The notes under the pieces: model-generated
Told to the model about the DNA's origin: nothing
Databases searched by the model: none
Seen by the model: only the letters and a program-made list of their open reading frames with translations
Translations under genes and position numbers: made by a program
Shown here: positions 42,701 through 52,149 of the stretch, piece after piece
Numbering within the stretch: the first letter of the stretch is position 1
Layout: each line of letters starts with the position of its first letter
IMG/VR virus record: IMGVR_UViG_3300046660_000403
Span: 12,832 to 76,831 of that record
DNA: 64,000 bases
Source: a virus
Reading direction: 5' to 3' (one strand)

Positions 42701-44107
42701 GGCGCTGGTTGCCGCGCTAGTAGCGCTGGCTGCAGCGTTGGTCTCGGACGTAGCGGCATTGGTGGCCTTGGTCGTTGCCGTGGTGGCACTGGCCGCCGCA
42801 GCGGTCGCGCTAGCGGCTGCCGCAGTTGCGCTGGCAGCGGCATTCGTTTCGGACGTAGCTGCGTTTGTTGCCTTGGTCGTCGCTGTCGTTGCGCTTGCCG
42901 CAGCATTGGTCTCGGACGTGGCAGCATTCGTCGCCTTGGTCGTCGCGGTGGTTGCGCTGCCGGCGGCAGCGGTCGCGCTGGTGGTAGCATTCGTGGCGCT
43001 GGTCGCGGCGGCGGTAGCGGAGCCAGAAGCGGCGGTAGCGGAGCCTGTAGCAGTAGTAGCCGAGGACGCGGCGCTGGTAGCGAATCCAGAAGAAGAGGTT
43101 GCCGACGCGGCGGCGCCAGTTGCCGACGCGGCGGCATCAGTGGCGTATTTCTTCGCACTATAGCCCTGCCCCACCACAACTTCGGCAGCGGTCTTCGTCG
43201 CCCAGTCCTGCGCGAGAGTCTTGGAGGTTGACGCATTGGTTTCGCTCGTCGCCGCGTTGGTGGCCGAGGTTGCGGCCGCATTTTTGCTTGCCAGCGCGTT
43301 GGTCTCGCTGGTAGCGGCATTGGTAGCCGACGTCGCGGCCGCATTCTTACTTGAGAGGGCGTTAATTTCGCTGGTGCCGGCTGCATTCTTGCTGGCCAGC
43401 GCGCTCGTGGCGCTGATCGCAGCATTGGTAGCGCTGGTGGACGCGTCGCTGGCGTATTTCTTCGCCCCGTAGCCCTGGCCGGCGACAACTTCCGCTGAGG
43501 TCTTGGTTGCCCAATCCTGCGCTGCCGTTTTGGAACTCGCGGCGTTCGCTTCGCTGGTCGCTGCATTACTTTCCGATGTCGCGGCAGCGTCCTTTGAAGC
43601 CAGCGCGATCGCTGCCGCAGAGGTGGCAGTGCTTACTTGGGCGTAGGTGGTGGCGAGCGTATCGGCTGCGAACTGGGCCGAATCAGCCGCGGCTGTCGCG
43701 CTCTGTGCCGCTTGCGCGGCCTGTTCCTGTGCTTCGATGGATGCTTGTACCGCGCGATCGACGGCGATCTGTCCATCGGTCTTGCCGGGGAAAGGTGGCA
43801 AGTTGGCGATTTCCTGCAAGGTACAGTTGCCGTTGGGGACCGTCGCCTGGACCTTGACCGATTTTCCCGTGGACGGGTTGGTGATCTTGATCTCATAGTA
43901 GCTCTCGGTCGCACCAAGGGCATTTGGCCACAGGTGCAGAATAGCTTTGCCCTGACTGTCGGCGATTTCCGACACGGTTTTCGGCAGGATATAGCCATCA
44001 GCTGAGTCGATGTCGGCGAAGGACAGCTTGGCGCTGATCTGCGCGCCGCTGATTGGCAGGCCATCGGGATCGCTTGCCACGCACGTGAGCTGTACGGTAT
44101 GTACCAA
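39704..44107 (-). CDS. Long tail fibre with C-terminal intramolecular chaperone (peptidase S74)
   Basis: Ala/Thr/Ser heptad repeats, GLGNVDN repeats, LDTLNEFAAALGND, SDERLKTN..GVSAQ..VNY. Confidence 0.9.
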   Translation of the reverse strand: MVHTVQLTCVASDPDGLPISGAQISAKLSFADIDSADGYILPKTVSEIADSQGKAILHLWPNALGATESYYEIKITNPSTGKSVKVQATVPNGNCTLQEIANLPPFPGKTDGQIAVDRAVQASIEAQEQAAQAAQSATAAADSAQFAADTLATTYAQVSTATSAAAIALASKDAAATSESNAATSEANAASSKTAAQDWATKTSAEVVAGQGYGAKKYASDASTSATNAAISATSALASKNAAGTSEINALSSKNAAATSATNAATSETNALASKNAAATSATNAATSETNASTSKTLAQDWATKTAAEVVVGQGYSAKKYATDAAASATGAAASATSSSGFATSAASSATTATGSATAASGSATAAATSATNATTSATAAAGSATTATTKATNAATSETNAAASATTATTKATNAATSETNAAASATAAAASATAAAASATTATTKATNAATSETNAAASATSAATSAATATTKATNAATSETSATASAAAALTSRNNAVTSETNAAASATTATTKATAASTSEANALASKNAAASSATAAQSSADAAATSAQQATQQQVQADWTVTDTANKGYIKNKPALAAVATSGAKSDVGLGNVDNTPDANKPVSAPQATAIALKADKASPTFTGTATAPGFVSTSFNGYRMKPAADASGYASFWRNDGVNLYLMLTNNNDADGTYNTLRPMYVNPANGNVTLGNGALVINHAGAVTSATAAPGTNSTQLATTAYADAIASLKADKSSPTFTGTATASNFAGNLTGYKNVDNTNEMTLANGFTGGQLYMNYRGAAGAITQVLVGNGIPASGVLAKIIALNIDAAGNVTGNASTATKLATARTINGIAFDGTANIALSKGDVGLGNVDNVSDANKPVSGPQATAIGLKADLAGPTFTGTVNVPNVAAGNNTSLAANTAFVTAAVAQGKADILGSAPAALDTLNEFAAALGNDANFATTTATSLGNRLRVDVATQGLTAGQKANAATNLGLAAVATSGAKADVGLGNVDNTSDVNKPVSTPQQTAIALKAPTASPTFTGIVNMNGGALELGTQGVSGSPFIDFHSSTAGSDYDVRIGASGGSGTPGQGTLSVLAAALDLTAAGNVTVATKAQGNNTTSAASTAYVDAGLATKQASLGYTPVQQGGGTGQGTNKVYIGWKSSTIGVQIDGTNFGDFWPINVTGVSGSAPLASALANYAWNAATLPASYPLGIQSSFVQGADGYPAYGSVMTMKTYSGGGGSLQMYVPYSPTNGGANLKIRFGNFDVNGGNSWTGWGTIALLGNNQLWDGFQQFRMNKGNNTYTGSQNDYCLQALANDGGAAGMTFVRSGQYAVNIGLDPDNVFRIGGYSAAANRLQLDMSGNLTAAGNVVAYSDERLKTNWRSLQPTFIAEWAQVKHGVYDRIDGGQTQVGVSAQGAQKVLPFAVSQQADGYLAVNYGAAAVVATIQLSQEVLLLRAQVNKQAKLIDILMEKVGL

Positions 44108-44170
44108 TTAAGACCTCATTGTGTTGAATAGGTGATGCCGTGGCAGGATGGCTGCCGGCGGAGTGGGCGC

Positions 44171-44830
44171 TTAGCGGGTGGCAAGCGTGGAATTGCTGCG
44201 GGCGCCTGTGCGTGGACTGTTGCCCGCTTCGACGCGCACCTGGCCGCCCAGGGCGTTGTCGAACGCCGTGAAATGCATGGCCGCCCGGGTAGGGTCAGCG
44301 GTGTATTCGCTGTCTTTGCTATAGGCTCGACCCATGATGAAGTCGAGCAGCACCGGCTCGTAGATATCGTCCAGCGTGATCGTGCCGTTCAGCGCGGCGT
44401 CGGCCGGCGCAACGCAATAGACCAGTTCGATAGAGCCCTTGCCGGTGTTCGGGGGGTAGACGTAGTAGTTCTTCAGATCCCGGTCGTTGTGGCAGTAATG
44501 CTGTACCTTGTCGTTGGCGGACGCGGTGTGCCAGGTGGGCATCTGGGAGTCGAGAATGGCGCGCTCGACAATGGTGATGACGGCGCCCGACTCGTTGCGC
44601 ACCACGTCGAGCAGCTGCACGCCGTCGGGCGGGATGGACTGCTTGGTCCCTGCTACCAGGGCGACGTTGATGTTCTTGACCGATGCGTTCGGCTTGCGCA
44701 AGACGATGGCGCGCTGGCCGTCGTTGAACCAGTTCAGTAGCTCGCTCAACGTCCAGCGGCGATTGCTCTGGTCCTGCAACATGGTCGCGGCGCGACGTAG
44801 AATCGCATCGACGGTAATGGTCGCTGCCAT
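44171..44830 (-). CDS. Head-tail adaptor-like virion protein
   Basis: RWTLSELLNWFNDGQR, YVYPP, RAYSKDSE. Confidence 0.75.
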   Translation of the reverse strand: MAATITVDAILRRAATMLQDQSNRRWTLSELLNWFNDGQRAIVLRKPNASVKNINVALVAGTKQSIPPDGVQLLDVVRNESGAVITIVERAILDSQMPTWHTASANDKVQHYCHNDRDLKNYYVYPPNTGKGSIELVYCVAPADAALNGTITLDDIYEPVLLDFIMGRAYSKDSEYTADPTRAAMHFTAFDNALGGQVRVEAGNSPRTGARSNSTLATR

Positions 44831-44872
44831 GGGACTCCTTGAATGGAAATGCGCAGGCCGCCGGGGCCTGCG

Positions 44873-45502
44873 TTACGCGAATCGACGTGGTCGTACGCGG
44901 GACTCGCCGCTACCGAACGACATATCCGCCCGGATGCGCGCCTCGGATCGGGTCGCGTTGTACTGCGCCGTGTAGACGGCCGCATCGCGTGGATTGGAAA
45001 ATGGTTGGCCGGGGATCAGCATCAACCGTCCGACGACACCCAGGCCGATCTGGTAGCCGTAGTCATTGAGCAGAATGTCTGCAATGATCTTGGCGTTCAG
45101 CATCGGCTTGGTGGCCACCAGTAGATTGATCGCCTTCGATTCCGTGCTGATGGGCGCGAAGTCGAAGGTGATCAGGTTGTCCGCCGACTGGCGGTAGCTG
45201 GTCGGCGTGCCAGGGTGGGCCGTCATCGACGCGCCGCTGTAATCGCCGGTTTTCACGCAAGGCAGCTCGCGGCCCTGGTAGGTTGCTTCCAGCACCAGCG
45301 TGAGGTCGGTGCCGTTCGGTAGGTCCAGTTCGTACTCGGCCTGCCCTTGGATAGCATCCATCGCATCAAGCCGCTCCTGCACAATGGGCGCATGGCCGCA
45401 GAAGTCGCGGCAAATGCCCAGGATGTGCTGTTCAGCCAGGGGGACCGAGCAACCAGTCACATACGGCAGTACGTACGGATAAAAGGCCGCGATGCTGGCC
45501 AT
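44873..45502 (-). CDS. Adaptor/tail tubular protein
   Basis: PYVTGCSVPLA..CRDFC; LMLIPGQPFSNP. Confidence 0.7.
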   Translation of the reverse strand: MASIAAFYPYVLPYVTGCSVPLAEQHILGICRDFCGHAPIVQERLDAMDAIQGQAEYELDLPNGTDLTLVLEATYQGRELPCVKTGDYSGASMTAHPGTPTSYRQSADNLITFDFAPISTESKAINLLVATKPMLNAKIIADILLNDYGYQIGLGVVGRLMLIPGQPFSNPRDAAVYTAQYNATRSEARIRADMSFGSGESRVRPRRFA

Positions 45503-45505
45503 GGC

Positions 45506-45874
45506 TTATTGCGCCTTGGCCGACTTGATAGGCTTGGCGGTGTAGTTGAAGCGCTGCACCTGACGCTCCACGGTCTTGCCGCCCACGTCCTCGTAGCGGG
45601 TCATGGTGGCGTTGTCCAGCACTTCGATCGCCTCGACCGGCAGTTCGACGGGCACGCCACGCGGAATATTGAAGCCATGACCGTTGATGGCCAGGAAGAC
45701 GGCGTGGCTGCCCAGCTCGCCCTCGGCGGCCGCGATGGTCACCTGCATGCGTTCGCCGGACATGTGGCCGTCGTCGCGCACGTGAACCTTGGTCACTTTT
45801 GGGGCCACGACTACCGGCGCCTCGTCGTCGATGCTGGTACTGGTGATGTCTTTGTTGGTGGTATCTTTAGCCAT
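45506..45874 (-). CDS. Virion-associated protein
   Basis: AINGHGFNIPRGVPVELP..EVLDNA; AGGAG RBS. Confidence 0.75.
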   Translation of the reverse strand: MAKDTTNKDITSTSIDDEAPVVVAPKVTKVHVRDDGHMSGERMQVTIAAAEGELGSHAVFLAINGHGFNIPRGVPVELPVEAIEVLDNATMTRYEDVGGKTVERQVQRFNYTAKPIKSAKAQ

Positions 45875-45901
45875 GATGATGTTCTCCTGCGCATTCGGCG
45901 C

Positions 45902-45932
45902 AAATGACAACGCCCACCGAAGTGGGCGCTGT
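45902..45932 (-). terminator. Terminator-like hairpin after the capsid gene
   Basis: CGCCCAC-TTCG-GTGGGCG. Confidence 0.7.
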
Positions 45933-45951
45933 GCTGGTTGATTAGTTGGGG

Positions 45952-46953
45952 TTAGGCGGTGACGGCGAACTCGCCGCGGCACATGAATTGGTCATTCAGG
46001 ATGACCGCGCCTTGCATGGCCTTCCATGCCACGCGGCCGCGCTGGGCCAGCGGGTCGGAGTCCGATGGCTTCGGATTGACCACCATCGGCGTCAGCGCGT
46101 ACATGCCTTTCAGCGCCACGATGGCGTAGGCGTTGGCCGCGATGAACAGGGCTGGGTACACGTCCGCAGCGGCGCCGCTGGTCGACGTCATGGTGCCTTT
46201 CACGCCGCCGGCATCCGGGAATGGGGTGAAGATGGTGGACGACAGGTAGCGTACGTCTTCGACCTTGCCGATTTCGTTTTCGTACGGCGTCATCGAACCG
46301 TAGCGTTCCACCGGCACGAAGCAGCTCTTGCCGGCGGCATCGAGCATGTTGCGCACGTCCGATTCCATGTCCGGGTGGATCAGACCGATATAGGCCTTGC
46401 CGACGGCCTCGGTACCGAAAGCCGGGGTGGACTTGACCACCTTGGTGATCTGCTCGGCGTTCTGGCGTTTCAGCGCCTTGACGATCTTGCGCTGACCAGC
46501 CAGGCTGATCGGGGTGTTGACGGCCGCGCGGGTGGCGCCGTTACCGTACACCACGTTGGTGCCGGCGCGCAGGATGCCGTAGCGCATGCGCTCGATCATC
46601 TGGGCAGCCTGCTCGCCCAGCAGATCGATCGCCTCGTTCAGGACGTTGTCCTCGTGGGTATCCAGCACCACGTCGCTGATGGTGATCATCGAGCCGTACT
46701 GGGTCAGAGTGACCGGCACGTCAATGGACGCCATGGTCAGCGAACCCGGGGTGACGCCCTCGGTCAGCGCGGAAGGCGTGGTATCCAGCGCGGTGTACTT
46801 ACGGAACACCATGGTTTTGGAGTTGTTGGCCGGCAGCTGCTTGGCCTGGCCGAACTTCTCCAGGCACAGGAACGGGATGGCGCGTTTGATCAGTTCTTTT
46901 TCTGCGTACGCGGCGGTGCGCGGCGAGATATCGCCGTAATTGGTGTTTGCCAT
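45952..46953 (-). CDS. Major capsid protein, N4-gp56 family
   Basis: YGDISPRTAAY, LTEGVTP, EIGKVEDVRY, SDPLAQRG..WK. Confidence 0.92.
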   Translation of the reverse strand: MANTNYGDISPRTAAYAEKELIKRAIPFLCLEKFGQAKQLPANNSKTMVFRKYTALDTTPSALTEGVTPGSLTMASIDVPVTLTQYGSMITISDVVLDTHEDNVLNEAIDLLGEQAAQMIERMRYGILRAGTNVVYGNGATRAAVNTPISLAGQRKIVKALKRQNAEQITKVVKSTPAFGTEAVGKAYIGLIHPDMESDVRNMLDAAGKSCFVPVERYGSMTPYENEIGKVEDVRYLSSTIFTPFPDAGGVKGTMTSTSGAAADVYPALFIAANAYAIVALKGMYALTPMVVNPKPSDSDPLAQRGRVAWKAMQGAVILNDQFMCRGEFAVTA

Positions 46954-47105
46954 TGAAGTTTCCTAATAAAGAAGAGAGGAACAGCCGGACCGGACGCGCG
47001 CGGCCATACCGGCCTGCTGCCGGCCGATGGCCGTGGTTTGAGATCTGTTGATAAGCCAACAGCAACGCTCGCCAGTGGGACCGCACTGGCACGGGTACTG
47101 CTGGA

Positions 47106-47984
47106 TTAGTGCTCGTTCCACGAATCCTCGAAGCTGCCGCCGGCGGCCTGCTTGGGCGGCAGGCGCAGGCCGCTGGAGCGCACGCCCTCGGCGGCGTCCA
47201 TGGCGTGCTGGTCGGCGCCATCATTGGCGCCACCGTCGCCGGCATCGGCCGACTGCTTGAACTTGGTCAGCATGTCGATGATTTCCTGGGCGGAGCCGGA
47301 GGCCACCACGCGGTCGATTTCGGCCTGTTCGGCGGGCGCTTGCGCTGCCTTGTAGGACATGAATTCCGGGGAGGCGATCACCTCCTGGAAGTCGGCGTGC
47401 GCGGTTTTGATGGCCTTGAAGTGTTCTTGCTGGCCCTGGTTGTTCAGGTGCTCAATGACCGACTGCACGGTTTCCTGTACGCCGGACAGGCCTGCGCCTA
47501 CGTGTTTCTTGCATACCTGCTCGATGAACTTCTCCAGCAGCACGACGAATTCCGGGCCGAAGTCTTCAGCCAGCGCTTTGGCCGGGTCGGCGGCCTCGGC
47601 TTCCTCGTTGTCGCCGCCGCCGCCATCGGCATTTCCGCCAGGCGCGGTAGAGGTCTGTTTTTCGTCCGCGTTGGTGGTCTGGGTTTCAGCCGCGCGCGCG
47701 TCCAGCTCCTTCTGCTGCTGTTTGAGCTTGTCTTCCCATTCGCGCAGGCGTTGCTCTTCGGCGGCGGCCTTGTCCGCGCCTGGTGCGGCCGCTTGCGCGT
47801 CGGCATCGGTGCCACCCGCGGCATCACCGCCTGCACCGCCAGCGTCGGGAGCATCAGCCTTGTCAGGCGCCAGGCCGAACGCCTCGTCTTCGGTCTGTTC
47901 CGGCTTTGTCACATCGTCCGCATTGAACTGCGCCGCGAAGTCGGCATTGTCTTGGTCTTGCTGTTGCTGATTGGTTTTTGCCAT
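47106..47984 (-). CDS. Scaffolding protein
   Basis: Acidic, helical; between portal and capsid; AGGAG RBS. Confidence 0.75.
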   Translation of the reverse strand: MAKTNQQQQDQDNADFAAQFNADDVTKPEQTEDEAFGLAPDKADAPDAGGAGGDAAGGTDADAQAAAPGADKAAAEEQRLREWEDKLKQQQKELDARAAETQTTNADEKQTSTAPGGNADGGGGDNEEAEAADPAKALAEDFGPEFVVLLEKFIEQVCKKHVGAGLSGVQETVQSVIEHLNNQGQQEHFKAIKTAHADFQEVIASPEFMSYKAAQAPAEQAEIDRVVASGSAQEIIDMLTKFKQSADAGDGGANDGADQHAMDAAEGVRSSGLRLPPKQAAGGSFEDSWNEH

Positions 47985-48018
47985 GGTGGCTCTCCTGTGG
48001 GGTGCCGAAACATCGGCG

Positions 48019-48043
48019 AAAAAAAACCCGCTGATGGCGGGTT
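48019..48043 (-). terminator. Intrinsic terminator
   Basis: AACCCGC..GCGGG-TTTTTTTT. Confidence 0.75.
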
Positions 48044-48057
48044 GATGGGGGAATGGA

Positions 48058-48303
48058 TCAGGCTTTCGGGGAGGCGTGATCGCCGGGATCGACAATCGAA
48101 CGGCGCAAAGCCATGAGCTGCGCCAGGGCGCCCTGCTTGCGTTGCAGGTTCGCCGGATCCACGAATGCCAGGTCGGCCAGCGTGTCCTCGATCAGGGCGT
48201 CCAGCAGGCGCACCAGCTGGCGCACCGAGTCGCTACCGCGAAATAGCAGCAGCTCGCTCAACTCTTGGATGATCGCGCCACGGCGCGCTTCGTCGGTCTT
48301 CAT
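48058..48303 (-). CDS. Small head-assembly protein
   Basis: 81-aa helical protein after the portal. Confidence 0.7.
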   Translation of the reverse strand: MKTDEARRGAIIQELSELLLFRGSDSVRQLVRLLDALIEDTLADLAFVDPANLQRKQGALAQLMALRRSIVDPGDHASPKA

Positions 48304-48306
48304 CGG

Positions 48307-50571
48307 TCAGCCCTCAATCCGGGCGGTCTCGATGCCGGCGTGCTCGCCCAGCTGCTCGCCCACTTGCGCCCCGACAGTGCCGCCCTGGGGATCCCGGCCC
48401 GCCTGATCCTCACCCTGTGGCGGCGCCATGGCCATGTCTTGGCCGCTTGGCGTGCCTTGGTCCGGGGTCTGGTCCACAAAGCCAGCCGATTTGAGGATGG
48501 CATCGCCGGCCGGCGCGACTTGCGGCCGCTCGGTGGCAACGCCGCCCGCCTGCATACCGGCGTACGCCGCGTCCACATTGGTTTTGGTGCTGATGGCGCG
48601 CAGTCGGGACGTATCGGCTTGGATGCGGGCAATTTCCGCTTGCTCCTTGGCCACTTCCAGCTGCTCGCGCTGCAGGGCAAGTTGCTGCATCTGTTGCTGC
48701 AACGCCGCCTGCTGCTTGGCCGCGCCGTCGTCCTGCTCGTCCAACACTTCCTCCTCGGACTTGACCACGCTGACCAGATCGTGCGCCTCGGCGCGTTGGC
48801 GCAGCAGCTCCGCGCGCTTGATGTACGGCGCGTCCATCGGGTTGGCGGTGGTGTTGGCGAAGCCGTCCAATTGCTGGGCGCGGATCTCCTTGGCCATCAG
48901 GGAGGCGGTGCCGCGTGCCTTGATGTCGAAGTCGCCCTTGCACGAGTCGTCGGGGTTGAACTGCATATTCCAGCGGTACAGCGCTTCGATGAAGGTGCGG
49001 GTGACGCCCTCGTCGTAGTTGGTGATCAGATCCTTCATCACGATGGAGGCGTTGGCCATCAGCATCGACATGCCCGACGCGGTGCCCGCAGCGCCGCTGG
49101 TGGCGTTCTCGCCCTGCATGTAGCGCGGGATGGCGGTCACGTCGTCGGCGTTCTCCTTGAACATGTTGACGATCGGGAACAGCTCTTCCAGGCCCGTGTT
49201 GATGCTGATGACACGGATCGCCGGCGCGCCGGGCTCGTTGCCATTGCGGCGCCAGATCTTGAAGGGATACATTTCGTCGGCCTTCTCGCTCGGCGACAGC
49301 AGGTCCATGTTCGCTTCGATTTGCGGCCCGGCGGTGATGGCCGCGTGGTCGAGCACCATGCGCGTGCCCGCGTTGATCATGGTCTGGTCGTCGCGCATGA
49401 TGGACGGGAAGCCATCGCCGAAGATGGACGTTTCATCCTTGTCGGCGTAGTACAGGTGGTATGGCCACGTCACGCCCTGGACGGGCTGCAGGACGATCTT
49501 GATTACTTCCCCCGTGGGCAGCAGCCATACGTTGCTGAAGAAGGTCTCATGCATCCGGTCTTCCGGCACGTTCACGCCGGCCGACGCCAGCAGCTCGCCG
49601 TCCACATAGCCCCAGCGCTCCAGCACCTCGTATTGGCCGTCGTCCTTGATGTTGGTCGCGGTGCGGCCGCCAATGTCGCGGATGTCGTTGTCAAACGAAC
49701 GGTTCTTGCGCAGGCCCTTCGGGTTGGCCAGGATGTGGGCGCGGATGGCATCGCCCTTGAACGATCGGTTGGATGCCAGGTTGCCCAGCTGCGCGCGCGA
49801 CAGCAGGTGTACTTCAAAGATGTAGCGGCAGTGCTCTAGCTCCGTGGCGGACATGTCCGGGTAGAAGCGCCACAGTGGCACCCAGTCCACGAACGGCACG
49901 ACATACGACTGGGTCTTGATCACCCATTTTCCGTGCTCGCGCACGTACTTCTGGCGGGTCTTACGCTCCACCAGGGGCGCTTTCAGCACGCCGGTGCCGT
50001 ACAGGTGGCCGGAATGCAGGACGTGGCGCGCGATGGTCTTGTAGCGGGATTCGGCCAGCTGGTCGTCCATCACCTGCGTCATGCGCTTGGCGGCGTCATC
50101 GACCAGTTTCTTGCAGGCGGCCTCGATCTCCTTCTGGTTGGGCGAACGTTGCAGCGCCTCGGAGAGCTGCTTGCTGATTTCGCCCTTGGTTTCCCGGTCC
50201 AGCGACGGCGCCGGCGATGGCTCTGCGGTCCAGTTGCGGTCGGAATTGGTCGGGAACAGCAGATCGGCCACGCGCGCATCAACCGTCTTTACCTTGACAC
50301 GCGTGGCGCGGACGAAGGCCTTGGAGCGGTTTTTGCCGATGGCGGCCAACACTTCGGGCTCATATTCGCCGCGATACTGGCGCAAGTCCTTGAGCCAGCG
50401 TTGCTCTGTATCACGGCGCGCTACTTCGGCCTGGCTGAACTCTGACAGCAGAACCGTGCCCAGGGCATCAACCGCGACGTAGGCGCTGTTGTCCTCGCGC
50501 GCCATGCCTTCGGCGGCCGCTGCCTCGTATTCGGCCTGCGCTTGATCCTGTGCAGTCATTGCGTTGTCCAT
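48307..50571 (-). CDS. Portal protein
   Basis: WLKDLRQYRG, LYGTGVLK, FYPDMSA, TASGMSML; position after TerL. Confidence 0.88.
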   Translation of the reverse strand: MDNAMTAQDQAQAEYEAAAAEGMAREDNSAYVAVDALGTVLLSEFSQAEVARRDTEQRWLKDLRQYRGEYEPEVLAAIGKNRSKAFVRATRVKVKTVDARVADLLFPTNSDRNWTAEPSPAPSLDRETKGEISKQLSEALQRSPNQKEIEAACKKLVDDAAKRMTQVMDDQLAESRYKTIARHVLHSGHLYGTGVLKAPLVERKTRQKYVREHGKWVIKTQSYVVPFVDWVPLWRFYPDMSATELEHCRYIFEVHLLSRAQLGNLASNRSFKGDAIRAHILANPKGLRKNRSFDNDIRDIGGRTATNIKDDGQYEVLERWGYVDGELLASAGVNVPEDRMHETFFSNVWLLPTGEVIKIVLQPVQGVTWPYHLYYADKDETSIFGDGFPSIMRDDQTMINAGTRMVLDHAAITAGPQIEANMDLLSPSEKADEMYPFKIWRRNGNEPGAPAIRVISINTGLEELFPIVNMFKENADDVTAIPRYMQGENATSGAAGTASGMSMLMANASIVMKDLITNYDEGVTRTFIEALYRWNMQFNPDDSCKGDFDIKARGTASLMAKEIRAQQLDGFANTTANPMDAPYIKRAELLRQRAEAHDLVSVVKSEEEVLDEQDDGAAKQQAALQQQMQQLALQREQLEVAKEQAEIARIQADTSRLRAISTKTNVDAAYAGMQAGGVATERPQVAPAGDAILKSAGFVDQTPDQGTPSGQDMAMAPPQGEDQAGRDPQGGTVGAQVGEQLGEHAGIETARIEG

Positions 50572-50595
50572 AAAAAAAGCCCGCTCGGGGCGGGC
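50572..50595 (-). terminator. Intrinsic terminator between terL and portal
   Basis: GCCCGC-CCCGA-GCGGGC-TTTTTTT. Confidence 0.75.
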
Positions 50596-50616
50596 CTGGT
50601 GATGTGGTGGGGAGGG

Positions 50617-52149
50617 TCAATACCCGGCGCTGCTAGCGGCCTGGTGTCCTCCTGATGCGCTGCCCCGCTCCTGCTCTTCACGCAGGGCGCGCGGGATGAT
50701 GTTCTCGGCGAACGTCATGGCGATCGCGTCTGCGCCGTCGGGCGAGCGCACGCCGCGTTTCTTCATGTCGTCCTTCGCCTCGATCAGACGGGCGCCGTTC
50801 GATGAGGTCTTGTAGCTGGGCGCCGATGTGTCGGCGATCAGCGCCGCATCATTGGGCAGCCGGTTGGGGGTGTCTTCCAGCCATTCCTTGTAGCGGTACC
50901 AGATCTCGGCGCGCTTGTTGGCGTAGCGCTCGGCATCCTCAGCGCGGGAGGCCGAATTGACGCCGATAACCGGCACGTTCAGCTCCTTGAGCCGGTCCAC
51001 GATGCCGCTGCCGATGCCGATCTTGTCCACGAATATGGCGTCCGGCCGCATCTCGCGCCACATGATGGCCAGCAAGCCGGCCACCTCCATCGGCCCCTTT
51101 TTTTCAAGGTAGTCGATGCGGAAGACGGTCCGCCCGTGACGGAAGGCGATCGCGGTTCGGTCCGGCCCGTATTCGGCTGGGTCGCAGCCGATAACGAAGG
51201 CGCCGGTGCGCTCGCGGTAGCTGCTGTTCACGGCAGCCATCACCGTGGTGGGGTTGATCAGTGGATCGGCCGTCGATGAGCGGAAGGCCAGGGCCGGCGT
51301 GGCCGGGTATTCCTGGTCAAACAGCCATTCGAAGCCCTTGCCGTACAGCGTGACCTTGTTGGCGCGCCAGACCATTTGCGCCATGTCGAGACCGTAGGTC
51401 TCCATGTACTTGACGTCGTCCGTCGACAGCTCGAAGTTGTCGGGGATCTCGGCGCGGTACTCGTCCTGCCAGAACCAGGGCACGAAGATGGCGATGTATT
51501 CGCCGCGCCCCGCTTCCGCGTCCTGCCACATGGTGTGGAACGGGCCGCCGATACCATTGGCGGTCGATTCGATGATGATCTCGGTACCGGGCGCGTCGGA
51601 GATCGCGTTACCCAGGCCCGCCATGTGCAGTACGGCGTTGTCCCAAAACGCAAACTCGGACGCGTGCAGCAGCTGCGCGGTGTTCGAGCGGCCAACGTCC
51701 TTCGAGCCCGCCGTGGCCAGCTTGTAGCCGCCATCGAGCTTGTTGAACACCAGCTCCTTGCTGTTGGTCGCGCTGGTGGACGGCGCGAACACGTTGTGCT
51801 CGTGATAGCGCTTGACCATCTTGAACAGGTTGTCGGTCGCCTTCTGCTCGTGGGCGACGATAAACGCGTTCTTGCCGGGGTTGATGCTGCTGATGCAGTA
51901 ATACCGCGCACCGATATAGGTGGAGGCGCCCTGCTGCCGGCCTTTCAGGATGATGACGCGGACCTTGCCGGTGCGCGCGCGCTGTTCCTCGATCCGGGCA
52001 TGGATATACCGTTGCGCCCGGTTGAACTGCAGCAGCACCTTCTGGCCCTTTTTATCCTGCACGTACATGCAGGTTTCGCAGTGCAGCTCAATATCCTTGG
52101 TGAGCGCCTCGATGGTGCTGTCGATGTCCGACTGGTTAATCGCCGCCAT
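50617..52149 (-). CDS. terL: Terminase large subunit
   Basis: LKGRQQGAST, LHASEFAFW, ESTANG, GCDPA, RSPDGADA. Confidence 0.93.
   Translation of the reverse strand: MAAINQSDIDSTIEALTKDIELHCETCMYVQDKKGQKVLLQFNRAQRYIHARIEEQRARTGKVRVIILKGRQQGASTYIGARYYCISSINPGKNAFIVAHEQKATDNLFKMVKRYHEHNVFAPSTSATNSKELVFNKLDGGYKLATAGSKDVGRSNTAQLLHASEFAFWDNAVLHMAGLGNAISDAPGTEIIIESTANGIGGPFHTMWQDAEAGRGEYIAIFVPWFWQDEYRAEIPDNFELSTDDVKYMETYGLDMAQMVWRANKVTLYGKGFEWLFDQEYPATPALAFRSSTADPLINPTTVMAAVNSSYRERTGAFVIGCDPAEYGPDRTAIAFRHGRTVFRIDYLEKKGPMEVAGLLAIMWREMRPDAIFVDKIGIGSGIVDRLKELNVPVIGVNSASRAEDAERYANKRAEIWYRYKEWLEDTPNRLPNDAALIADTSAPSYKTSSNGARLIEAKDDMKKRGVRSPDGADAIAMTFAENIIPRALREEQERGSASGGHQAASSAGY

Noticed and set aside
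42450-43620. Repetitive DNA resembling an array
   Set aside because: Encodes the Ala/Thr/Ser heptads of the tail fibre; no CRISPR repeat-spacer structure and no cas genes.
39704-44107. Diversity-generating retroelement or invertible tail cassette
   Set aside because: No reverse transcriptase, TR/VR pair or inverted fibre segments seen in the window.
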